Assembly (NCBI GenBank): GCA_012295275.1
Contig: CM022672.1
Location: 31,248,001-31,312,000 of the forward strand
DNA from: Chrysomallon squamiferum
Lineage: Eukaryota; Animalia; Mollusca
Direction: 5' to 3'
Length of the DNA stretch: 64,000 nucleotides
Shown here: positions 1 through 12,700 of the stretch, one piece after another
How positions within the stretch are numbered: position 1 is the first letter of the stretch
Layout: each line of letters begins with the position of its first letter
The notes under the pieces: model-generated
Told to the model about the DNA's origin: nothing
Databases searched by the model: none
The model's input: only the letters and a program-made list of their open reading frames with translations
Made by a program: the position numbers and the translations under genes

Positions 1-33
1 TTATACCCATTTCACTTCATGTTAAAATGACTC

Positions 34-77
<44 letters not shown>

Positions 78-457
78 AACGTGGTATTTTTTTTTATATT
101 AAAAAAAAAAAAAAATAAAAAAAAAAAAAAAAAAAAAATAATAATAAAATAATAAAAAAAAAAAAAAAAAAAATTCTAAAAACGAAAACAAAAGAAAAAT
201 AAACAAACAGTGAAACCTGCTCTAGCGGCCACTTGTCTATTACGAGCCATTGTGAGCTGCCAAAAACTATTTCCCAGTATAAGAACCACTTGTTCGATGT
301 CTCACTGATAATTCATTCGCAGATTATCTAACCTAAAAACAACTGGAATGAAACGAGTCAACTTTACAGGAAAATTAAATATTTAGAGAGTTTTTCCACA
401 CTGCACAAACAATGTTAAGACTGGAGCAGAAGAGAGATTTCATTTTTGAAAAGCAGG

Positions 458-488
<31 letters not shown>

Positions 489-2510
489 TATATAGTAACT
501 GAACATTTAGGGATGGCTAATATTTACAGTATTTTTAAAGACAAATACGGAGGTGTCGACATATTATAACAATCCACTGCTCTGAAAGAAAATATGGAGA
601 AAAGAAGTTACAAGAACTGAGAACGGCTAGAATGAACTGTGAATCGTCTGCTAAATAAAGCGAAAGCGTTGATAACTTGGGGCGAACAGTTTCAAAGCGT
701 CAAATGGTTGTCTGGAAAATGTCACAATGTCACGTGTACTCTAAGCGGAGAAGCGAAGTGACGTAAGCGACAGGTCTATTCCAGTGTATCGCGTGACGGT
801 AAAACAAGCCAACTGATTTCTTCAGAAAGTGAACAGTGAATGATAATCACCGATTTTTTAATTCGCAAAACACTGATCCCCATTCTTTCGCTGTTTGTTA
901 AATATAGTAATTTTTTTTTTTTTTTTCCCACATAATAAAACTGGAAGTATTTTTGTTTTTTGTTTTTGTGAAAGCTTCTTTGCAAAAAGTTGGGGCACAA
1001 ATTTTCTGACGGCTCTGTGAATATATAGTCAAAAAGTCTTATGTCAGACTGAATGTTTAGAAACTACAAGTTCCACTAAATCACAAATACATCGCCTATA
1101 ACATTAATATGAAATTAATAATAAAAAGTAATAATAAAAATATATATATATATATATTAAAAAAAATAAATAAATAAATAAAAGGAAAAAAATAAAAGGA
1201 AATAAATAAAAATAAAATGGAAATAAAATAATTATATTAAACTGGTTTAAAATAGTTACTCTTAAGAGGTATTTATTCATCCGAACTAGATGCATGATAA
1301 ATTTTCAAACCTTGTCAGCTTTGGCCACTGATGTTGATACCTCCAGTTAATAACCATGTGACATATAAACATACAGTCTCACAAATTTATCCATAAAAAC
1401 TGTCACTGACTTCTTTTTTTTTAAATCTGTAATTCAGAATAAAATAACTAAACAATAAATTTAGAGATAAAAGGTGATAATTGTTTATCTCTAACCATTT
1501 TTGTTATTTGTTTTTTTAAAAAAATAAAACATCTTTTTTAATTCAGAATGGTTCAAAGTTTTTCATAATGGAAACATTTACAACAAGACTAGTAATGAAA
1601 ATGTAAATTTATTTCTACAAGTGAACATATGTGCAAAGGATTCAGATAAAAATTCCATAACAAAGAAAATAAATAAAGTACAACAAAACCCCACTAAAAA
1701 GTCAATTAGCATTAAAAAACTGAAAAATTAATTCAATATACAACAAAGTCAGAATGTACATTTCTATAATTATTTTTTATTTAGTGTCACAAAGATTACA
1801 TAGAAATGGAAGAACAAGCAAACCAAATCACATACAAAAATTCTGGGATGAAATATTGAAAACAAGCACTAAAAGTGAATAACTCAAAATGATCAATGCC
1901 TCAAATAAAATTGTTCATAGGATATTAATATTATCTGCATTCATCATGAGAATCAAATACATAATGACAGGAAAAAAAAAAATCACAATCTTTATTTCAA
2001 GCACTGTAATTTAAAATTATATGAGAACAGCGATTCAAATATTTAAAGTGGACAAAAAGAGAATGTAATGCAAAGTTAACAATGTTCATAAATGTTAATA
2101 ATATTCATCATATCAATAGTCTATACACTAAGTCTTTAATTCTTGGCAAGCCAATTTCATTTCACAAATACAACCTGTACAAACACCCTTGTAAAATTCA
2201 ATAAATTCACATTAAACAGTCGAAGAAAAAAAAAAAAAAAAAAAAAAAAAAAAGAAGGAAAGAAAAGAAATCCCATGGAACAAGAAAGTAAAAGTCTTTC
2301 TTCATTGTGAGTCCATGAAGATAAGTATACCTGTCCAACTGGAATAAGACTAGACTGAACAAGAAACCATCTTCTGATAGTTGTACGATTATCATCAGTT
2401 TCTTTTTTGTTTGTTTTGTTTGAAAAAGTTTGGCACAAGCTCATCAATAAATTTATTCAAATTTAAAAAAAAAAAAAAAAAAACAGAAAAAGAAAAAAAA
2501 AAAATAAAGA

Positions 2511-2543
<33 letters not shown>

Positions 2544-5500
2544 ATGTGCTTATTTCCAAGAATATGTACACGAAAAACCATGTCTCCCATCAAATGATAC
2601 CAGTAAGGTGAAATATCTAAAGCTGCCCATTCAACATACATCATGGAATAATAATATAAATCACATATTATGATTAAAATAAAGGTTAAAATTAAAAACA
2701 GTCTGAGAGAAACCACCCATAGGGTACCCTCTACATAAATGTTCACATTGCTATTGGCAGATCAGTATACAGTGGGGGGCATGTTATAATTGAAGTAAAC
2801 ATTTCGAAGATTTTGTAAAATATTTACAACTTTTTAATATTATTTTGTTTCTTTCAAACCTACAATAAAATGCATATTAAATGAGAATACTGAGGTGTAA
2901 TACTTTTCATCCTGACTGAACTTGCATGATTCAAATAATAATAATAAAAGAATTTAAAATAATTCACATAGTAATTTAACAACATGATAAACAAAAACAT
3001 TTTCAGTTGTTTCAAATGTAATTCATATATCAAGCAATTATATTAAAACAGAACATTTACGCAATAAAAGGAAAACAACATTTTGTTTCTCGCAATAAAA
3101 TTTTAGCATTTTTTTGTTTTTCAATAACTAACATCAATAAGTATGTAACTAAAATTTCTCACGGCAACATTATGAGGAACACTGAAGTACTTGTTGCCAT
3201 TTGATTTATAAATAATTTTTATATATATATATATATATATAATTAATAATAATATATATGTTACACAATTCAAGGCATTATAATCATATATGCACATTAA
3301 AATATACATACATATATATGCATTATTAATTTCAGAAATAAGTATATTATAATAAGACTACTTTGTGTGCAAGTGAATTTAAAAAAAAAAAAAAAAATAG
3401 GTACACGACATAGCATAATTTAAGAATTTACGTTGAGCAAGGTGGCATCTGGTAAAATAATTAATGGAATGATCAAGACTAACAGGTTATTATTAATATC
3501 CTACACTGTGGATTCCATTCCAGAAATGTGCTCCTCTGTAGTTACCCTCAACACAAAGAAGGCACCATTCTGTGTTCGACACTAATAAACCAACTTGCAG
3601 GATTAAATATTGTTTTTTGACAAGTAAAATGTAAAATCTGTAGAAACATGCACAATGATCAATCAATTTTTTTTATGTAGATTTTCGTTTTATAATATTT
3701 ATTATCATTCATATATAAAATATGCACCAATTTCAAAATGTCAAATAAAACATTAGTTATGACAAAGATTTCTAGTAATGACTTTGCAAAAAATGTGGAC
3801 GGCATATTAAGAATTTTAACAAATATGCATGGTTCAAATAGAATATTAAAATCGTTTTCAAAATCAACATATGGCATGCAATATTAAAGAAATCATAGTC
3901 ATATTTTTAATTTTTTTTTTACATAGTATTGGCATGTTAAAAATATTGCAGTGTCAATCTAAAAGAAAAATCTAAAAAAGTCTTTAAGCAAATAAAAATA
4001 TATATATCAAACCTGAAAATTCTACAAGTTCAGTCATGGAGATAAAAAAACAAAGAACATTCATCAAATTATTCAAGATTCAAATATAATTCAAATATTT
4101 TTAATAACACAGCATATGGGAAGAAAAAAAGAACATGGGTAAATAATGTAATGCATGCAAATTCATTATTAATTGTTTATTAATCACAGTTCAATGAAGT
4201 TTATTTATTAGCTAACATGAAAATGGCATTGATCGGCAGAGGGCCTCCTATTTTATTGACCGCCCTTGAAATAACTAAATAAACACATTATTTTTTTTTT
4301 CTTCAAATGAAATACAGTCAACATTTGTCTGTCTGCCATTGTCCTGAATATTCTGTTGTGAAAACAGTCTCTTATGAAGAGAGTATTGCGCTTAAACATT
4401 TTGCAAATATCAAGCCAATTCAAGAAATAAAAAAAAGAAAAAGAAAAATAATAATAATTAGAAGTAAAAAAAATGGTTCATATATAATTTAAAACAAAAA
4501 TCATAAACAAAAGAGCACCATGTAGGCAAAGGCAAAATATTTAAAAAAAAAGAAAAAAGGTTAAGAAAAATTAATTCTGAATTAACATTTGCAGTACACA
4601 CACACATATATGTATATGTATATAAAATATTCATATCTACCTATATAATAACATCACCTGGCTAAGAAAAAACTAAAAAAAAAAAAGCTTCGATAGAAAT
4701 GGCAGTTTTTTTTCTTCAAAATTTCAATAACAGCAGTCCATACATTTGTTTCAAACAGTATAAACAAGACTCACCATAATGATCCTTGTGAAAAACAGTT
4801 AACATCTAATAGTAGTATCAGGTATAAAGTAATGGTGAAACAAAATCATTTATTAAAAAAAAATTTATCATCAATATGTGTATAAAACAATTACGACTTC
4901 CATACGAACAATACTTGAGGCATGAATCTATTTGTGATATATTCATCAAAAGCACCTATATACATGGTTAAAACAGGGATACAACAGCATAAAATAATAC
5001 TTGTATTAATGCAATAAAAGGTTATGAGACATTGTTCTTGTCATTTATTAAACACAAATATATATTTTACTTATACACAAATACATATATTTATATACAC
5101 TGAAAAAAAAACACAAAAAAAAACCAGAAATAAAAAGATTCACAAAAGTTAATGACAAATATTCTAACATGTAGTAATTCAGTAAATTGCTTTTTTAAAA
5201 ATTAAGTTTTCTACTCATTGTTATTATTATTATCATCATCATCACTAAATATGAAGAGTATATCTGGTGAAAATCAAAATTTGTGGAATGTTACACAACT
5301 ATGAAACAAATAAAAGTTTAAATGTAGGCCTGCTTGGTCAATGAAAATATATTTAGGATCTCAGAACATGATACTAAACTAAGTATATCAACAAAAATAA
5401 AATAATTAAAAAATAATTAAGACAAATGGGAAAGGAAATGTAAAATGAAAAAAATGACTATAATACAGTTATGTTTTAAACAGAAATAATTAGTTACCAA

Positions 5501-6513
5501 ATCAGTAATAAATACAAAATAATATATATTTTTTAAAATTCACAAATCTCAAATCAAAGTTATAAAGCTGAGCACATGAATACATACATTTTTAAAATCT
5601 AGATATGCTGAAACAAGCAAGGTTGGATGTTAAGATATGCATAATACATACAAGCTATAAACAAACATGACCAGTAAATTACAAAGAAAACCCACGGCCT
5701 GATACACCTATTTATAATGAAGATACAAATTCAACAGCATAACGTTTCCAATCTCAATGGCATCCTTCAGAAAATATTTCGTCAAGCCTGTACAAAAACA
5801 AAAAGATAGAAAAACAAACATTTTTCATAGGGTATCAACAGTTTTCTTTCAGATGGTTACTCACATTCATTTCCACAGGTGCTCTCTGGACGGCTGGCCT
5901 GCCTAGGTTGGGGTGTGGTCAACACTGTGTTAACTCAATCCAGTTCTTAAAATTAGAACAGCTTTTGCATTAAATGGAACAAGCAAAAACAACAGTTCTA
6001 ATAACCAATATATACATTTAAAAAAAAAAAAAAAAAAAAAAAATAATAATAATAAAAAAAAAGACCATGGAAGATTTGTTTAGAAAACAAATCATTGCTT
6101 TTCATCTATCTTCATAAGATGCAATTGTTTCAAGTCATCTGAAAAATGTATCAACTTACCACTCACTATATAGTCACTAGATATAAAACCCTAGTAGTAG
6201 GCAGATGCAAAAAAGTTATCTAGCTGCTAGTAACATTTACAAAAATTACTCATTTACTTTTATTGAATTACATACCTCATTTTATCAACTATACCTATAA
6301 TTAAATTATAGAGATCTTAATTTTTTTTTGTTTAGGCAAGAGTATGTCTGAAGGAATTACCCCCCACACACCTCCCCCCAAAAAAAAAAAAAGAACCAAC
6401 ACCCCCAAAAACAAAGGAACAAAAAAAAAAAAAAAAAAAAAAAAAAATTTAAAAATTAAAAATGAAAATGTCAGGATTTAAGAACAAAACTTGCCTGTTA
6501 GAAAACTCTGAGG

Positions 6514-6750
6514 TTACTGTGGTGCTGGCTGGGTGCCAGCCTGCTGCGCCTGCTGCATGATCATGTTGGCCTGGTAGTGCATGCCCTGCTGGCGGTAGTA
6601 CTCCGCCCAAGCAGCTGAGTAGTCAGGCTGTCCTGTCTGGGGGTTTATAGCTAAAAAAAAAAAATAATAATAATAATAATAATTAAAAAAAAATGAAAAA
6701 AAAAAAGTTTAAATTATGTTTCTGGCAAAGCAATTTAATTATTTACAACT

Positions 6751-6783
<33 letters not shown>

Positions 6784-9700
6784 AAATTGTTAAGTTTTAT
6801 TTTTTTTCTCTCTCATGTGTCAAGGTCTACCATCGAACTCCACTCATGAAGCATCAAGGATGCTTTAATGGTGTTAGCGAATCCTTGTCAGGATTAATTT
6901 TGCACAAATCGACGCCCAGTGATATAGAGAACATGTCATGGGTTCTAATGCTGTGCTTCTGATGTATTCAGATTTTTTGATAAATCATGTATTTAAAAGA
7001 ACATTTTCTTTACAGATCATTTCATATCAAAACTAGGTAAACAAGTACTGAAAACTTAAATAGAATTGATGCATACATTAAAAATTTCATATTACTGAAA
7101 CAGAAATAAAATCAGAATGTCATATCTATAAAAAAAATAAAGAAAAAAAATATTTTAAAATATTTGACAGGGTAACAGGTAGATGGTTTGTTCATTATGG
7201 TTGGGAGAAATACAAAATATGATGTTAGAGGAAAACTGGTGAACTTTAACCTGTAAGAAACTGATGTGAACTAAATCCAATTTGTGAAATTCAGATTTTT
7301 GTCTATTTTAGTATGCAGCAAGGAAAAGATCAGATATAAAATAAAACTATGAATTTTTAAAACAAACTTTCAAATCACAATGTTTTTTCACTTTATTTTA
7401 CAAATCAGGATGTTACTAATTTTTTATTTTATTATTATTTTTAATGTTTACAGCAAAAATATTGTTAGTTTTATATATATTTTTTTCTCTCATGTGTCAA
7501 GGTCTACCATCGAACTCCACTCATGAAGCATCAAGGATGCTTTAATGGTGTTAGCGAATCCTTGTCAGGATTAATTTTGCACAAATCGACGCCCAGTGAC
7601 AGACAGAACATGTCATGGGTTCTAATGTTGTGCCACTACACAGAGAAATTAAACTTTTTTTTTTTTTTTTTTTTAAATTGTCTTCTGAACCAACATCAAA
7701 CCAGTAAATAAACCAATGGAAAAAAGAATTTAAACTGAGTAACCCATGTGAAATTAAACATTTTACATTAAATCACATAAAATTAGTAAAAACAAACTGC
7801 ATCATGAAATCTCAGATTCTGCTGTAACTAGTGTGTTCATTATGAATGACAAAAATGCCAACCATAAGAACAAACTACATGGACGTAAGATAAATAACTG
7901 CTTACTGCTGGAGGGAAATGTCACCTGATCTTTTTATTAGACTGGGAGCAGGATTTCCTGTCAGTAAAGATGCTCTTGGTTCTATCTAAATTTATTATTT
8001 TGCACAAAAATTTAACCTGATAAAGGGAGGAAACTTCAGACAGACAAGGAAAGAGTTAAGTAAATGGTCAATTTTTTTCTTCAAAAAAGAAAATGTTTAG
8101 TTGACAAATTCATTACTGCTTTTGTTAGTATGTGGCAAGGACTAAAATAAAGTCCATTCATGTATTTTTATGCACGCATGCACATGAACACACACACAAA
8201 CAAAATCCTTGTCTTTGATATAGCACAAGTCAACACCTATGATTAACAAATATCACAGGTTCTAAAGTTGTGCTATTCGACTGAGGTAGAAATGTTAAAA
8301 CAGGTTATTATGTATTAAGGAATGTTTCTACATAAAAATTTTAACTATATTTTTTAATAAAAGCATTTTTAAAACATTGAAAAAATGTAACTCGCATAAT
8401 TATCAAAAAATTATGTTTATTATGAGCTACTGTATGGAAATGGAAATGGGAATGGATTATTTAAACTAAGCACAAATGGGATATACTTCTATGGCAATTA
8501 CCAGTTATGTACGAAATTACTTTATAAAAATACTGATCAATTTCTAGCAACATAAAATATTAATGATTCCCAAAATTAAACATTTGTGGTTATTATTTTT
8601 TTTAATCATGAAGATAAAATGATTAAATTATGGATGCTTGTGCCAAGGTCTACCATCAACTCCATTCAATAAGATAAATGTTGTTAGCGAATCTTGAACG
8701 TTTGTAATGTTGCACACATTTACCTCTGTCACTTTGATAACAAGTCACAGATTCTCATGAAGTGTTTTAATGATAAAACAGTTATGTGAAATCATGGCAC
8801 AATACTTCCTGTCTTTCGAAACATTTATTATTTGAAAATTCCTCATTGTCACTGAAACTTACTTTTTAAACAATGAAGTAATTCCCCACACAAGACAGAA
8901 ACAAGAAAGCACCAAGTCTTCATTTACTAATTTTAGCTATTTCTGTTTTTAAATATTAGGTTTCCCCACACAAGACGAAGCATCAAGTCTTCATTCACTA
9001 ATTTTAACTGTTTCTGTTTGTAAATGTTTTCACTACTCACATTCTGCTGGCTGCGGTGTGAATGATGCAGACTGTTGGGTTTGAGCAACAGCCTGTTGAG
9101 GCTGCTGCTGCTGCTGCGGCTGCTGTTGTGGCTGAGGTTGGCCAGGTGTTGTCTGTTGCTGTTGTGCATACTGTCCGTACTGACCATACTGGGCATAGTA
9201 CTGAGCGTAGTATGCCTGCCATGCACTCGAGTTGTCTGGTGATTTGGCTTTAAAAAATAATAATTTTTGATGTGATAAAGATTTACTTTTTTTTTTTTAC
9301 CCTTTAAGGGGTCTATCAATATTCTTTTTTCACATCTATACTTTTCTAAAAACAATCACAAATAATTCTAGATTTAATACAAATTAACAAATACATTTAA
9401 ATATTTTTAACTTAAACTGGTTGAAGAATTTCATCATCTGTTAAAAATAACGCAAAAAATGAACACTGGACAACATCTCTGTATGAATGATAATTTTGTA
9501 TCTAGTAAATATTTATATTAGTTTTACTATTACAGAAGACAAACTGCTGGCTCTATGCCATAAATATCTCTGAACTTATTCTTGGAAAAAGAACAATACA
9601 GCATCAAACTAACATCTGGGCACAGGCTGTATTAGTAATACTGTTAATTTTATCCCAAGTTTGTTGGAGTAGTGGATTTAAAGAAAAAAACTTGCTATGT

Positions 9701-12700
9701 ACATTTTCATCAGTTTGTAACAATACTTGCAAGCTTTTTCTTGGAAACTGACAACTAAAGCTATACTGATAAACACACAATAAACATACTTGATGTTCGT
9801 GTAATTGAAGTGAACACTCACCCTGATCGTTCTGTTGGGGGGCCTGGTACTGATTTCCATACGCATTCCAGCCTTGACCTCCATACCCTGGAGCTGGTCC
9901 TTGTCTGAAAACATTTAAACATTTTACACAGTGAATAAACGAATAGAAAAAAAAAAAAAATTACATTTAAATTCCTAAACATTAATACATCACAAAATCA
10001 ACAATTATGCAAAACTGATACTGAAATTCCACGAAAAATACCCAGATTATAACAGACTGCATAGATTATAACCAGTTGAATAAGTATTATTATTTGTATC
10101 AGCTTATGAGACTCAAAAAATGTTCTAAGAAATAACTGACATTGCATTTTAGTATTAAAAACAAACAAAAACAACAACAACAAAAATAAAGACTCTTACC
10201 CTGGCTGTCCATATCCTCCAAACTGCTCAAACCCTGGACCATTCGGTCCTGGACCAGGTGGACCCTGAGGTCCGGGACCTTGTGGACCAGGACCGCCTGG
10301 TGGTCCCATGGGGCCTCCTGGACCTCCAGGACCAGGACCCTAAAATTAAATCATTTGTGTTATTTCAAATTTGTAATGTTAATGACCAAATTTTTTCAAT
10401 TATACTGAGGAAACATTTTTACTATTGATTTATTGATTGCCACAGTGGGTGGTTATTAAACTCAAGTGAAATAATTTGACTGAAAACAGGATTGTTGACC
10501 TACATTACATTATAATTTTATGAGTTTGTACAGAATACACTGAATTTCTATTATTACCAGAGTTCTGTATTATATTACAAAAAAACAACAACATAAGTTT
10601 AAAATGTTTATGAACATATAAAAGAAAAAAGGTATCTGAAAATTATTAAATAATAAAAAAAAAAACATGGGTATGTGTATGGCTATGTGACAAATAAAAA
10701 AAAACACTGCCAGATTCTGGAAAACTTACTTCAACAGGCAAACCAGCTTTTTCACAAATCATCTGGATTGCATGTTGAATCTGATCAGGGTTGCCTCTGA
10801 TATTGAAAACCTTCTCCCCTGGGCTTGGGGGTGGATTTCTGTCCAACTCCACATGACCCCCGGATATTCTGTTAATTTCTCGTATAGTTTCTCCTCCTGA
10901 AAATTTTAGTTTTATTTTAAATATTTTGTGCACGTTTAATCAGTTGATGTGCAACAGAAATTAAACAGTAAGCTTACATGATGTCATCTGAACAATACTC
11001 GTACGAAGCAATCAATTGATGGGATATTGTTACACAGAAATAACTGAAGTATACTGTTACACAGAAATAACAGAAGTATACTGTTACACAGAAATAACAG
11101 AAGTATACTGTTACAGAAATAACAGAAGTATACTGTTACAGAAATAACAGAAGTATACTGTTACACAAAAATAACAGAAGTATATTGTCACACAGAAATA
11201 ATAGAAGTATATTGTTACATAGAAATAATAAGCATAGGCACGTGAACTAAGGGAGATAACTCATAAACAGATCACAGACATTGCCATTACAAGGAGCACT
11301 CTATAATACACTAAAATTAAGTATCAAAAACAACATACACATTATTTATACATTTTAAAATTTATGAAAAAGATTTGTTTATATATTTTAAAACAAATTA
11401 CAACTCTTGAAGGAAATGAAATTATATTCTTTTTTTTTTTTTCTCCATTTTAAATATAAAAATCAGTATCCAAAACAAGTAAAATATATTTAAAATTATT
11501 TTTCATTTATTGTCATTACCAACTGTGATACCTATTAAGTATTTGTCATATGAAAACGGTATTTACCTTTTCCAATCACGAGACCACATTTATCTGCTGG
11601 AACTATGTACGTTGTAAAATCTTGAAAGTTTGGATCTCCTGACCCTCTGCCTCGACCTCCAGGTCCCCCGGGACCAAAACCACCTCGCCCTCTACCCCTG
11701 CCACCACGACCCATTCCAAATCCTCCACCTCGCCCCATAGGTCCTCCAGGAGAATTACCATACTGCAAAGAAAAAAAAGAAAAAACAGAACCCAGTTAGC
11801 TGAAAGTAAATTATACAAACTTGAAAAGAATGTTTTCTACATCTTATTTATTTTCTGCTAATTACTGCTAAAGTCTACTGCTGAAAGAAAAAATGTGCCA
11901 AGGTCTACCATCAACTCCATTCAATGACATAAATGGTGTCAGCTAATCTTGAACGTTGTTAATATTGCAATTATTAACCTCTGTGACTTCAGTAAAAAAG
12001 CCACAGATTCTCATAATTGCTTTACTGTACAATAAATCAATACAGCTAATGTTTGAACCTGTTTCTGGAATATTATTAACCACTAGTTCATTTACCATTT
12101 TTATATAAACACAATATGAAAATTACTTCGTCAACTTAGTATTTCATATTTTGTACAGTGGTGAAAAATGACAAGACAGCACTGCTACTATGATGATATT
12201 CATTATGCAATTTTAAAATCAAACGTTAAACAAAAACAAAGAAATATCAAACAAGCTTTGCTAATAAAATGGTATTCATTATGCGACTATACAGTTATAA
12301 AATTGATAAACTCACATTTGCGTTACTAAGCAGCTCGTGGATCATGCTGACAGCCTGCTGTACTTTATCTTGAGGTCCGGTGATAGAGCAGATCCTGTCT
12401 TCACTGTCACCATCATCTGTAATCAAAACAAGTCTCATTTACACACCTCCAGTTTCATGTTGTATACTGACCTAGCCAAGTATTTAATACACCACCACCA
12501 TAAACAACAAGTTTCAGCCAAATATGTAACAGCTGATCATTATCATTGTAAACAACAAGTTTCATGTAGCATGCTAACCCAACAGTATCCATAATAATTC
12601 ATACAATTTGCAAGCCGTTTACTAACCCAGCTGAGTATATAATGCACTACCCAATCTGTAAACAACATTTTATAATTATTACGTACTTCAAGTATTATGT

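Noticed and set aside
208-300. CAGTGAAACCTGCTCTAGCGGCCAC resembling a Tc1/pogo-type MITE end
   Set aside because: No matching opposite TIR or TA target duplication found.
640-800. CpG-richer promoter-like patch (TCACGTG, TGACGT)
   Set aside because: No associated exon or ORF could be established in the window.
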